From contig OZ246410.1 in the NCBI GenBank assembly GCA_965231065.1, positions 405,448 to 429,447 on the forward strand: a stretch of 24,000 bases of DNA. Direction: 5' to 3'. The stretch comes from an uncultured Methanosarcinales archaeon (lineage in GTDB: Archaea > Nanobdellota > Nanobdellia > Woesearchaeales > UBA10107). The notes beneath the pieces are model-generated. The model was not told where the DNA came from, ran no database searches, and saw nothing but the letters and a program-made list of their open reading frames with translations. Shown here piece after piece: positions 8,839 through 17,406 of this stretch. The position numbers and the translations under genes were made by a program. Numbering within the stretch: position 1 is the first letter of the stretch; each line of letters opens with the position of its first letter.

Positions 8839-9349
8839 TGCTATTCTCAAGGAACAGGAAAAGCTCAACGGAGATAACAGATTTGCGACAATCAACAGAC
8901 AGACAGGACGATTCATCCATCTGTTGATCAAGTTAAAGAATCCAAAGAATGTTCTGGAGATTGGGACATCGATCGGTTATTCAAGCATCTGGATCGCTTC
9001 TGCATTGCAAAAGGGAGCGAAACTCATCACACTTGAACGATGGCCAGAACGTGCAGATCTTGCACGCCGATTCTTCAAACGATCAAGATTGCCGATAACA
9101 TTGCTTGAAGGAGATGCGCTTAAGATCATTCCAAAGCAGAAATTTGATATAGTCTTCATCGACGCTACAAAGTCAGAATACCTCGCATATCTTAAGAAGA
9201 TAAAGCTGAGCAAGAACGCGTTAGTCATGGCTGATAATACGATATCGCACGCAGACAAGATGCAGGATTTCTTAAACTATGTCAATCAGCGAGGAGCGAT
9301 CACTCTTGATATCGGCAAAGGGTTGACACTGTATTCTGTCGGGAAGTAA
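8825..9349 (+). CDS. SAM-dependent O-methyltransferase family protein
   Basis: VLEIGTSIGYSSIWIASAL (motif I), LITLERWPERADLARRFF, FDIVFIDATKSEYLAYL, ALVMADNT; start overlaps the end of the preceding gene. Confidence 0.85.
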   Translation: MNVIDAILKEQEKLNGDNRFATINRQTGRFIHLLIKLKNPKNVLEIGTSIGYSSIWIASALQKGAKLITLERWPERADLARRFFKRSRLPITLLEGDALKIIPKQKFDIVFIDATKSEYLAYLKKIKLSKNALVMADNTISHADKMQDFLNYVNQRGAITLDIGKGLTLYSVGK

Positions 9350-9352
9350 GAA

Positions 9353-9360
9353 TTTAAATA
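9353..9360 (+). promoter_or_regulatory. TATA box (TTTAAATA) of the leaderless dehydrogenase gene
   Basis: TTTAAATA centred about 26 nt upstream of ATG 9383. Confidence 0.6.
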
Positions 9361-9382
9361 TACTTCATTTATACGCTATACT

Positions 9383-10459
9383 ATGAAGAGGAGATTAGGC
9401 CCTGAAAAAATAATCGAAGTGCACGATAAAAAGACAGGTATGCGCGGTTTCTTAGTCATCGATAACACGAATCGCGGTCCTGGCAAAGGCGGCATACGGA
9501 TGACGTCGACAGTCACAAAAAATGAAGTATTCAGATTGGCGCGGACCATGTCATTCAAGACTGCGATGGCTGATCTTCCTTTTGGCGGTGCAAAAGCAGG
9601 TATCGTAGCGCCGAAAGAAGTGCTTCAAAATCAGGAAAAAAAAGATGCATTTATCAGGGCATTTGCTAAATCTATTAAAAAATATTGTCCGTCGAAGTAT
9701 ATCGCTGCTCCCGATATCAATACTGCAGAGCATGAGATGGAAGTCTTTGCCGGAGTTCTCGGAAAAAGATCCTGCACCGGCAAGCCAGCGAAATTAGGTG
9801 GATTGCCGCATGAATTAGGATCTACCGGACGCGGTGTAGCTCATGCGACGATGATCGCGATGAATCATCTTCATTTGGAACCGAAGAAGACAACATTCGC
9901 GATCGAAGGATTCGGCAATGTCGGCACGTTTTCCGCAAAAGAACTGACTGATCGTGGACTGAAATTAGTCGCGGCGTCTGATTCAAAGGGAGTCATCTAC
10001 AATAAGGGCGGCATCAATTTCAAGAAATTGATGAAGATCAAAAAAGAGACAGGAACCGTGATCAATTATCCCGGAACGGTCTTTCCTTCTCCTGATATCA
10101 TCAAACTGCCTGTCGATATGCTCATCACTGCCGCAGTTCCTGATCTGATACGAAAGGACAATTACGAGCAAGTCAAAGCAAAGGTCATCATTGAAGGATC
10201 CAACATCCCGATGGCATATTCCGTCGAAGAATTATTGCACAAACGCGGCGTGCTTGTCATTCCTGATTTTGTCGCGAACGCCGGCGGTGTGATATCTTCT
10301 TATGTTGAATACAGAGGCGGCACGAAGGCGCAGATGTTCAGATTAATCGAGGAGAAGATAAAGGAAAATACGAAATTGGTCCTTGACCGATCGAAGAAAG
10401 AGCATATCTCTCCGCGTAAAGCAGCGATGAAGATCGCGATCGAGAGGATACTCAGATGA
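9383..10459 (+). CDS. Glu/Leu/Phe/Val dehydrogenase family protein
   Basis: NRGPGKGGIRM, MSFKTAMADLPFGGAKAGI (catalytic Lys region), AIEGFGNVGTFSAKEL Rossmann motif, IIEGSNIP, FVANAGGVISSYVEY. Confidence 0.88.
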   Translation: MKRRLGPEKIIEVHDKKTGMRGFLVIDNTNRGPGKGGIRMTSTVTKNEVFRLARTMSFKTAMADLPFGGAKAGIVAPKEVLQNQEKKDAFIRAFAKSIKKYCPSKYIAAPDINTAEHEMEVFAGVLGKRSCTGKPAKLGGLPHELGSTGRGVAHATMIAMNHLHLEPKKTTFAIEGFGNVGTFSAKELTDRGLKLVAASDSKGVIYNKGGINFKKLMKIKKETGTVINYPGTVFPSPDIIKLPVDMLITAAVPDLIRKDNYEQVKAKVIIEGSNIPMAYSVEELLHKRGVLVIPDFVANAGGVISSYVEYRGGTKAQMFRLIEEKIKENTKLVLDRSKKEHISPRKAAMKIAIERILR

Positions 10460-10701
10460 ACGCTGATGAATTGGCAGAGATCGGCAGAGTCGGTACAAGG
10501 TGTTACATCCAGCTTGAACTTCCATTTCAAAAGCAATCAACAGGTCTTGAGACTGTCGTTGATCCACCTCTGTGGGATCCTTCTCCAGAAACGCTTGAAA
10601 GACTACATCGGGAAGGAATAGAACAGAGAAGAGCACTGGAACCAGCGTTTAGAAGATCACTCAACCCACCAGGATATTGGGAACGCAGAATATACAAATA
10701 G
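10456..10701 (+). CDS. Hypothetical 81-aa protein, translationally coupled (ATGA) to the dehydrogenase
   Basis: ATG 10456 overlaps the TGA ending at 10459; no domain recognised. Confidence 0.6.
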   Translation: MNADELAEIGRVGTRCYIQLELPFQKQSTGLETVVDPPLWDPSPETLERLHREGIEQRRALEPAFRRSLNPPGYWERRIYK

Positions 10702-10705
10702 CTGA

Positions 10706-11482
10706 TTATTTTTTCGGCAGAACGCGAGGGATGTCTTCTTTCATTTCGTGTTTCATCTCAGTCATCTTCACTTCTTCCATGAAATGATCCTCGATAGGCA
10801 TCTCTTCTTTCTTTTGACTCTTGAATGATCTGAATAGCGCTTTTATCTTTTCAATCAGATTGAACGATCCTTTCTTCGTTTCCTGCACTGCAGATGAAAC
10901 GACATGTTCCCTGACTGTCCCCCATTCACCGAATGCCATCGCCGCATCTTCGATGCGTGAATTGTATTGCTCGAAGAATATGAATTTTTCCAACGGATAC
11001 TTCGAAGAAGGTTTTGGATTCTCTGCAGCGTAACCGATGGTGATGATTGCGTGCGGTATTGCCGGATGTTCTATTTTGAGCAGATCAGTCAATTTGTCAT
11101 CTACAAATCCAACAACCAGTGAACAGCCCAATCCTAATTCAGTCGCGGCTAAGAGCATATTCTCTGCTGCAAAGGCAGTATCCTGCACGGCATAGATTTT
11201 CTCTCCCCGTTCCCCGAAGAATTTCTTGTTCTTCTTATTTTCAGAGAGAACAACGATATGTACCGGTGCGGTCTGCATCCAACGCTGGTTGCCGCATGTT
11301 TTTGCAATCTCTGCTTTTGTTTCGGTATCGCGCACCAAAATGAAACTTCTGTCCTGAAGGTTTCCTGCGGATGGCGCTAAGCGTCCTGCGTTGAGAATCT
11401 GGCCGATCATCTCTTTTTCGACAGGCCTGTCAAGATATTTTCTGCAGCCGGATCGTTTCTCGATCGCACTCAGTGTGTCCAT
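10706..11482 (-). CDS. Nitroreductase family protein with a C-terminal extension
   Basis: RSGCRKYLDRPVEKEMIGQILNAGRLAPSAGNLQDRSFILV, NMLLAATELGLGCSLVVGF, AIITIGYAAENP; TATA-like TTTAAATAG about 27 nt upstream on the minus strand. Confidence 0.9.
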   Translation of the reverse strand: MDTLSAIEKRSGCRKYLDRPVEKEMIGQILNAGRLAPSAGNLQDRSFILVRDTETKAEIAKTCGNQRWMQTAPVHIVVLSENKKNKKFFGERGEKIYAVQDTAFAAENMLLAATELGLGCSLVVGFVDDKLTDLLKIEHPAIPHAIITIGYAAENPKPSSKYPLEKFIFFEQYNSRIEDAAMAFGEWGTVREHVVSSAVQETKKGSFNLIEKIKALFRSFKSQKKEEMPIEDHFMEEVKMTEMKHEMKEDIPRVLPKK

Positions 11483-11554
11483 GGCTGTTTTTGGACGATT
11501 ATTCTATTTAAACATATCGCTCACAATAGTTTTTTAAACACTGATTGCTGTCCA

Positions 11555-13336
11555 ATGTTCATGGATTATGCAGACTTAGTCGCTGTCTATGAACGTCTTG
11601 AAAAGACAAGCAAACGTCTTGAAAAGACACATATTCTCTCTGAATTTCTAAATACGGTGAGTATCGACTCTCTTCCGTATGTCATCTTATTGTTACAAGG
11701 CAATGTTTTCCCTCCGGTCGAAGAAAAGAAGATTGGTGTGGCTGCGAAATTAGTATTGAAGGCAATCGCGAATTCTGCCGGTATTGCACAGGATAAGGTC
11801 GAGAACCATTGGGCTAAATCAGGAGATCTGGGCGAGACTGCCGCCGAACTCATCGGCAAGAAGAAACAGGTCACGTTATTCCATTCTAAACTGACAGTTA
11901 AAAAAGTAATGGAGAATCTTCGTAAACTAGCGACCTTGGAAGGAGAAGGAATGGTCGGCAGGAAAGTAGATCTCATATCTGAACTACTGACCTCCGCTTC
12001 GCCGCAGGAAGCGAAGTTCATAATCCGTACACTGCTGGAAGAATTACGTGTCGGTGTCGCTGATGGAACACTGCGTGATGCTTTGGTTTGGGCATATTTC
12101 GCCAAAGAGATCGGCTTTACGTATGAGCAAAAAGAAAACGATTTCAAAGTCAAGGATAGAGACAAGTACAATGAATATTCAGGCATCGTGCAGTCAGCAT
12201 ATGATTTGGTGAATGATTTCTCTGAAGTCGCTGTCATGATCAGGAAGGATGGCGTCAAAGGCTTAAACAAACTCTCCATGAAACCAGGCACACCGATCAA
12301 GGTCATGCTCTATCAGAAGGCGAAAGATATCCCGGACGCATTCGAGACCGTCGGCAAACCGTTGCAGTTAGAGTTCAAATTCGACGGATTCAGGATACAG
12401 GCGCATAAGGAGGGAGAGAAGATCGTCCTTTTCACGAGGCGTCTTGAGAATGTCACCACACAATTCCCTGATGTGGTGAAGTTCATCAAGGATCACATCA
12501 AGGCTGATTCCTGTATCTTTGATTCGGAAGCTGTCGGGTATGATCCAAAGACAAAAAAATATGTTGCGTTCCAGAGCATCTCACAGCGTATCAGGAGAAA
12601 ATACGATATCAAGGAAGTGTCGGACAAATTCCCGGTCGAATTGAATATTTTTGATATTATGTATTTTAATGGTGACGTGATGATCAACAAGCCATTCAAA
12701 GAAAGACGAGCCGCGCTCGAGAAGATGCTGCCGAAACCGGTGCCATTCAAGATAAAACTAGCTGATAAGATCATCACCAGTACTATCAAGGAAGCGGAAG
12801 AGTTCTACCATCGTTCACTGCAGGCAGGAAACGAAGGCATCATGGCAAAGAATCTTGAAGGAATCTACAAGCCAGGATCCCGTGTTGGTTATGGTGTGAA
12901 GATAAAGCCAGTCATGGAAACATTAGACCTAGTTATCGTCGGCGCTGAAAAAGGCGAAGGAAAACGGGCAGGATGGCTCAGCTCATATGTTCTTGCATGC
13001 AGAGATGCGGATACTGATGAATTAGTTGAAATCGGCAGAGTCGGTACCGGGTTTAAAGAGAAGGCGGATGAAGGAACTTCTTTTGAAGAGATGACTAATC
13101 TCTTGAAACCTTTGATCATCGAACAAGGGAAAGTTGTGAAGGTTAAACCGAAAATTGTCATCGAAGTGGCGTATGAGGAGATACAGAAGTCTTCTGAATA
13201 TTCGAGCGGTTATGCATTGCGATTCCCGCGATTGGTTCGATTACGGGAAGATAGAGGACCTGGTGATGTCTCTACGTTATACGAAGTCGAAAAGCTCTAC
13301 CATGCACAGCGTGGCAGGGGAAAGAAAAAAGAGTAG
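11555..13336 (+). CDS. lig: ATP-dependent DNA ligase (start may be ATG 11561, about 26 nt from a TTTTTTAAA element)
   Basis: Nucleotidyltransferase motif LEFKFDGFRIQAHK (KxDG), FDSEAVGY, EGIMAKNLEGIYKPG, GVGYGVKIKP-type motif, ELVEIGRVGTGF, VIEVAYEEIQKS, ALRFPRLVRLREDRG. Confidence 0.97.
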   Translation: MFMDYADLVAVYERLEKTSKRLEKTHILSEFLNTVSIDSLPYVILLLQGNVFPPVEEKKIGVAAKLVLKAIANSAGIAQDKVENHWAKSGDLGETAAELIGKKKQVTLFHSKLTVKKVMENLRKLATLEGEGMVGRKVDLISELLTSASPQEAKFIIRTLLEELRVGVADGTLRDALVWAYFAKEIGFTYEQKENDFKVKDRDKYNEYSGIVQSAYDLVNDFSEVAVMIRKDGVKGLNKLSMKPGTPIKVMLYQKAKDIPDAFETVGKPLQLEFKFDGFRIQAHKEGEKIVLFTRRLENVTTQFPDVVKFIKDHIKADSCIFDSEAVGYDPKTKKYVAFQSISQRIRRKYDIKEVSDKFPVELNIFDIMYFNGDVMINKPFKERRAALEKMLPKPVPFKIKLADKIITSTIKEAEEFYHRSLQAGNEGIMAKNLEGIYKPGSRVGYGVKIKPVMETLDLVIVGAEKGEGKRAGWLSSYVLACRDADTDELVEIGRVGTGFKEKADEGTSFEEMTNLLKPLIIEQGKVVKVKPKIVIEVAYEEIQKSSEYSSGYALRFPRLVRLREDRGPGDVSTLYEVEKLYHAQRGRGKKKE

Positions 13337-13370
13337 TCTTTAATAATCGCTTCATAATTCCTCTTTCTAT

Positions 13371-13445
13371 GCCCAAGTAGCATAGCTTGGATAGTGCACA
13401 CGGTTGCGGTCCGTGAGATCCGGGGTTCGAATCCTCGCTTGGGCG
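13371..13445 (+). tRNA. tRNA-Arg (anticodon GCG)
   Basis: Acceptor GCCCAAG/CTTGGGC, D stem GCAT/GTGC, anticodon stem CACGG/CCGTG with loop TTGCGGT, T arm CGGGG-TTCGAAT-CCTCG; no encoded CCA. Confidence 0.93.
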
Positions 13446-13543
13446 TTTATTTTCAATTCTATCTATTATTTTCTATATGGAAAGTAATTAGTGTTCTATT
13501 TTCAATATATGTTGTCACTTTTAAGTAATAAATATTAGAAAAG

Positions 13544-13551
13544 TATATAAA
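13544..13551 (+). promoter_or_regulatory. TATA box (TATATAAA) of the leaderless GGDEF gene
   Basis: Centred about 26 nt upstream of ATG 13574. Confidence 0.6.
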
Positions 13552-13573
13552 TGGGTAATACCTACCTAATTAC

Positions 13574-14497
13574 ATGAAAAAGAAGTCTTCTCAGAAGCTG
13601 AAACAGATCATACGAGAGAATAGTCTATTGGAAGAGTTGAATGATCGTCTCAAAGGAGATGTTTCTAGACTCAGTAAAGAAAACGCAGGAATGGAAGACC
13701 AACTTCGTACTCTTCGTCCTAAAGTCGGCAGTTATGAGATGATCTTACGAGCAGCAAAAGAGACATATCCTAAATTAAAGGATGTTCCGCTTGATCTAAT
13801 TCCAGAACGTCTTATCGAACTTTTATCTAATGCAGAACAGGAAGCACTTCAGCATAAGAAGAATTCAATGACTGATGCGTTGACTGGTCTACATAATGTA
13901 CTTTATTATCAGAAGAGTCTTGATGGAGAGGTAGAAGATGCAAGACAAAATAGTACTCCTTTATCCTTGGCATATCTTGATATTGATTTCTTCAAGCAGG
14001 TTAATGATTATAGCGGGCATCCTACGGGAGATGCAATCCTAAAACAAGTCGCAGATCTCCTGACGACATTGCCGAAAACGTACGAGCTTGCTCGTATTGG
14101 TGGCGAAGAGTTTTCAATATTGGTTCCTGGAGGTTACATTTATCCGACGACTCGTGATGATGTCGTGAATGGCTCTTCTGTGTATAAACGGTTGGAAAAT
14201 CTCAGAAAGACTATCCATGATACTGCATTTGTAGACGCAGACGGGAAACCGTATGTACATCATAATAAACGAAGACAGGTTGTCCCGTTAAGTGTTTCAA
14301 TCGGACTTGTTGATTATAACGGTCGCGATACTCCTGCTGAATATGTTAAAAAAGTAGATAGGATACTCTATGCTGCAAAACGAAGAGGAAGAGATAGGAT
14401 CATGACTGATGTTAAGACCTCTCCTGAGACATCTCAGCTTCGATTAAGTGCATTAGAAAAAGCCTTACTTACTAGTGGTGAAAAGAGTAACATTTAA
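13574..14497 (+). CDS. GGDEF-domain protein (putative diguanylate/dinucleotide cyclase) with N-terminal coiled coil
   Basis: DALTGLHNVLYY, YLDIDFFKQVNDYSGHPTGDAILKQVADLL, ARIGGEEFSILVPGG, SVSIGLVDY, DRILYAAKRRGRDRI. Metal-binding Asp and the GGEEF signature are intact; no RxxD I-site at the usual spacing. Confidence 0.92.
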   Translation: MKKKSSQKLKQIIRENSLLEELNDRLKGDVSRLSKENAGMEDQLRTLRPKVGSYEMILRAAKETYPKLKDVPLDLIPERLIELLSNAEQEALQHKKNSMTDALTGLHNVLYYQKSLDGEVEDARQNSTPLSLAYLDIDFFKQVNDYSGHPTGDAILKQVADLLTTLPKTYELARIGGEEFSILVPGGYIYPTTRDDVVNGSSVYKRLENLRKTIHDTAFVDADGKPYVHHNKRRQVVPLSVSIGLVDYNGRDTPAEYVKKVDRILYAAKRRGRDRIMTDVKTSPETSQLRLSALEKALLTSGEKSNI

Positions 14498-14504
14498 ATA
14501 TATA

Positions 14505-14942
14505 ATGGACTACGAAACGATGGCAATGAGCAATACAAATACGGTGGCAGGATTGGAAGATCTTGAGTTCGTCAAGGGAAAGCTATTTCATTACCCTGAT
14601 CGATTCATGAACACAGGCCAGAAACTTGGTTTCTTCTACGTGCTTGCACCAGGTGTAAATCTCATGGACCATGCTGTTATTCTTGGGACGGTCATGTCTC
14701 ACGGATTTAAACGAAGAGCAATCACACCAGCTGGTGGTTTCATAGGTATTCATGTTCCTTACGCTGATGTCGATTACAAATCAACCGGCATGAATGTAGC
14801 GAGATACTTCTCTGACAAGAATATCAAAGTAGGCACCGCGAGTCTCATCGCACTTGAAGGCAATTACGATGTAGCTCAAAAACGACTTGATGATCTTGTA
14901 TCATTCTCTTTGAAAGAAGGCGAACATAAGGAATTACGTTAG
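14505..14942 (+). CDS. Hypothetical 145-aa protein, tightly linked to the GGDEF gene (track start GTG 14475; ATG at 14505 preferred)
   Basis: Open frame starting 7 nt after the GGDEF stop; no recognised domain (GFFYVLAPGVNLMDHAVILGTVMSHGFKRRAITPAGGFIGIHVPY). Confidence 0.7.
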   Translation: MDYETMAMSNTNTVAGLEDLEFVKGKLFHYPDRFMNTGQKLGFFYVLAPGVNLMDHAVILGTVMSHGFKRRAITPAGGFIGIHVPYADVDYKSTGMNVARYFSDKNIKVGTASLIALEGNYDVAQKRLDDLVSFSLKEGEHKELR

Positions 14943-14944
14943 TT

Positions 14945-15118
14945 CTAGATAGAAAATACAAACAGCGCCCACAATAGAGAACAAGCACCAATGATATATG
15001 GCACAACTGTTCTCGCTTTATAGTTCAATTTTCCAGAAATCGCGCTCTTGACTACTCGTTTTGTCTTCAGTCTCAGGATAAATAACGTCACTAACACCTT
15101 GTCTGTTAAAAAACTCAT
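14945..15118 (-). CDS. Candidate 57-aa small membrane protein: MSFLTDKVLVTLFILRLKTKRVVKSAISGKLNYKARTVVPYIIGACSLLWALFVFSI
   Basis: ORF translated by hand from the reverse strand. C-terminal hydrophobic helix; SD-like AAGGTG shortly upstream; fills an otherwise empty gap; below the track's 60-aa threshold. Confidence 0.4.
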   Translation of the reverse strand: MSFLTDKVLVTLFILRLKTKRVVKSAISGKLNYKARTVVPYIIGACSLLWALFVFSI

Positions 15119-15148
15119 CTCTAAACACCTTTGTTATAGAATTTGCAA

Positions 15149-16720
15149 TCACGAATCAGTATTTAAATCTTTCTTGGAGTACTTATTCAGGTTCATCTGG
15201 CCTTTCCGCTTCGTTTCTTTGATCTCTTCGGTCTTTTCACCTACTTGTTCCTTGACCGATTTCGCTACTGCTTCTCCGATTAGCGCTTTCAATGACGTCA
15301 TGTCTGCTTTCTTGACATCTCCGAGATCTTTGATACCGTTGCTGAATAATTTTCGAGCTCTGACCCTTCCTATTTCTCTCAACCGTAACAACGGCAAGAG
15401 CTCTTCTTTCGCTCCATATTTCATCCTGGTCCTTAATTTTGAAACCTCTCGCGCGAAGTGAGGTCGTGCAATCAATTTGGCGATCTCTTCAGATGAGTAG
15501 AGAAGCCAATCCGCGGTCTCTAACTTCGCTCTGCTCTCTCCCGGACGGACATCATAGTTCTCCAGGATATATTCATCATCTTTTTCTTCGATCCATTCAG
15601 AGAAGAATTTCGCGGTCTTCAACGAATCCATGAAATCATCGTATTCCGGCTCGAATTCAGCAGGTTCATCGACCAGCAGCTCATCTTGCTTTTCCACTGC
15701 CAATCCGGTATAATCATCGTATTCTCTTGTCTTCATATTCAGCCGCGGTCGTATTTCTAATGTAAATGAGATCATCTGCAAGAGTCCGAATATCTTTGGA
15801 ATTTCCGTCTTTCTGATACTCTTGATGAATTCATACGCAGTCAGCGGATCGATATAGAGTTCAGATACTTTCCTGCCAAGTTCTGTTGCAGCAATGCGTT
15901 CATTCAACAAATCGGCTGCAGAGGCAAAGTCAGATTTCTTGCCGCTGATGAATCCAAAACCTTCAAGCATATGAATCATTCTGTCAATGATTTTTTCTAA
16001 TTTCGCCATGTCTTCAAACTGATATGCCCAGAATGTCTTTGAGAAGAAATCAATGAGCTTTTCTCTGCTATTGACGAAACCTGATGCGACGAGACTGAGG
16101 ATGTATGTTCTCAAGACCGGTTCTACTGCTAATTTCGATGATATGTCTTCGGGATCTCCCTTGACATACTGCTCGACTGCTGCTTCTTTCTCTGATTCAG
16201 TCGTCGTGATGATGATTGATTCTCCTTCCGTATCGTATTTCGGACGTCCAGCACGTCCTGACATCTGAAGGTATTCAAGGACAGGGATGTATGTGTATCC
16301 TCTGATACCGAATCTTTTGAGATCTCTTATTATAGTCCTGAAAGCCGGCAAGTCTACACCTGCTGCCAAGGTTGGTGTGCAGCAGATTATTTTTATTGAT
16401 CCGGTCCTGAAATTATCTTCGATAAGTTCTTTTTGCTTTGATGTAAGTCCTGCATGGTGGAATGCGATGCCTTGCTGGATGACTTCTGCTAATTTCTCAC
16501 ACTGACTCGTCGGTCTTGGTAGGTGTAGTATCTCTTTTGATAATTCTATATTTCTCTTTTCCTGTTTTTTCTGCAGGAATTTTGAGATGTCTGCTGCTAC
16601 TTTCTCTGCGGATCGTTTTGCGTTGACGAAGATCAACGCTTGTTTGTTTTTTTCTAAGGTGTCGAGAACTACGTTGATGATCGGATCACTGGATGATTGT
16701 TTTATCTGCAACTCTTTCAT
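15149..16720 (-). CDS. Hel308/Ski2-like helicase C-terminal portion only (RecA2, winged helix, ratchet, HhH tail); N-terminal RecA1 domain absent
   Basis: Starts MKELQIKQSSSDPIINVVLDTLEKNKQALIFVNAKRSAEKVA (motif IV), FHHAGL, CTPTLAAGVDLPA (motif V), YLQMSGRAGRP (motif VI), HhH-like LREIGRVRARKLF. No Walker A or DEAD box. The track start at 16840 reads through tRNA-Ile; ATG 16720 has a TATA-like TTTATTAA about 27 nt upstream. Confidence 0.85.
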   Translation of the reverse strand: MKELQIKQSSSDPIINVVLDTLEKNKQALIFVNAKRSAEKVAADISKFLQKKQEKRNIELSKEILHLPRPTSQCEKLAEVIQQGIAFHHAGLTSKQKELIEDNFRTGSIKIICCTPTLAAGVDLPAFRTIIRDLKRFGIRGYTYIPVLEYLQMSGRAGRPKYDTEGESIIITTTESEKEAAVEQYVKGDPEDISSKLAVEPVLRTYILSLVASGFVNSREKLIDFFSKTFWAYQFEDMAKLEKIIDRMIHMLEGFGFISGKKSDFASAADLLNERIAATELGRKVSELYIDPLTAYEFIKSIRKTEIPKIFGLLQMISFTLEIRPRLNMKTREYDDYTGLAVEKQDELLVDEPAEFEPEYDDFMDSLKTAKFFSEWIEEKDDEYILENYDVRPGESRAKLETADWLLYSSEEIAKLIARPHFAREVSKLRTRMKYGAKEELLPLLRLREIGRVRARKLFSNGIKDLGDVKKADMTSLKALIGEAVAKSVKEQVGEKTEEIKETKRKGQMNLNKYSKKDLNTDS

Positions 16721-16743
16721 TATAATTTTCTTTTCTCTTTTGA

Positions 16744-16751
16744 TTAATAAA
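16744..16751 (-). promoter_or_regulatory. Putative TATA element (TTTATTAA) of the helicase C-terminal gene
   Basis: Centred about 27 nt upstream of ATG 16720. Confidence 0.4.
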
Positions 16752-16782
16752 TCTGCTTGTGAGTTGTCCTGTGGAAGAGAAA

Positions 16783-16859
16783 TGGTGAGCCCGCCGTGAT
16801 TTGAACACGGGACCTTTCGAGTATCAGTCGAATGCTCCACCAGACTAAGCTACGGGCTC
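16783..16859 (-). tRNA. tRNA-Ile (anticodon GAT), with encoded CCA (mature body 16786-16859)
   Basis: GAGCCCG/CGGGCTC acceptor, D arm GCTT/GAGC, anticodon stem TTCGA/TCGAA with loop CTGATAC, T arm CCGTG-TTCAAAT-CACGG, then A-CCA. Confidence 0.92.
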
Positions 16860-16867
16860 ATTATAAA

Positions 16868-16940
16868 CGCCCTCAGGCAGACTCGAACTGCCGACCCCGG
16901 GATTAACAGTCCCGTGCTCTACCTGCTGAGCTATGAGGGC
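16868..16940 (-). tRNA. tRNA-Asn (anticodon GTT)
   Basis: GCCCTCA/TGAGGGC acceptor, anticodon stem CGGGA/TCCCG with loop CTGTTAA, T arm GGCAG-TTCGAGT-CTGCC; TATATAAATG element (16972-16963) upstream; no encoded CCA. Confidence 0.93.
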
Positions 16941-16983
16941 ATGTTTAAAGTGGCTTAATGTTCATTTATATAGTTTTCTACCT

Positions 16984-17406
16984 TCAGAGAACGTAATTCC
17001 TGAGTAAAAGACCGATTAAGCCGAATATGAGAAATCCGATTGTTTTCTTTGTAATACTGGAGATATTTTCCTTATGCATCAAACTTCCTTCTGGGAATCC
17101 GTAAAGGAATATTAGTGAGCTTACAATAAAATTAGGATTTACACTAAACAGTATCCCGAGTACTCCATAATAACTCTTGAAGTAGTATAGGACAGCAATT
17201 GTCATTATTATGATGAGTCGCTGATATAGCAAAGATAGGGGGGAGTTGTAAAATGCTGCGAATAAAATTATCAAAAATAATACTCTGCTGAAAATAACAA
17301 GATTCTTCTTTCCGGGAACAACTTCCTCTTTCGCGATCTTAGAAAGTCCAAAACCAACAAACACACCGAGATATGAAATAAGCAAAACAATAAGTTCAGT
17401 GAGCAT
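16984..17406 (-). CDS. Hypothetical 140-aa multi-pass membrane protein
   Basis: Multiple hydrophobic helices (LIVLLISYLGVFVGF, LVIFSRVLFLIILFAAF, LIIIMTIAVLYYF, TIGFLIFGLIGLLL); overlaps the preceding gene by 11 nt. Confidence 0.65.
   Translation of the reverse strand: MLTELIVLLISYLGVFVGFGLSKIAKEEVVPGKKNLVIFSRVLFLIILFAAFYNSPLSLLYQRLIIIMTIAVLYYFKSYYGVLGILFSVNPNFIVSSLIFLYGFPEGSLMHKENISSITKKTIGFLIFGLIGLLLRNYVL

Noticed and set aside
15048-15461. 137-aa plus-strand ORF antisense to the helicase C-terminus
   Set aside because: It lies mostly antisense to a well-supported coding region; consistent with a shadow ORF.
16721-16840. N-terminal 40 aa of the track's helicase ORF (MEHSTDTRKVPCSNHGG...)
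   Set aside because: This is a translation of tRNA-Ile and leader sequence; the true start is most likely ATG 16720.
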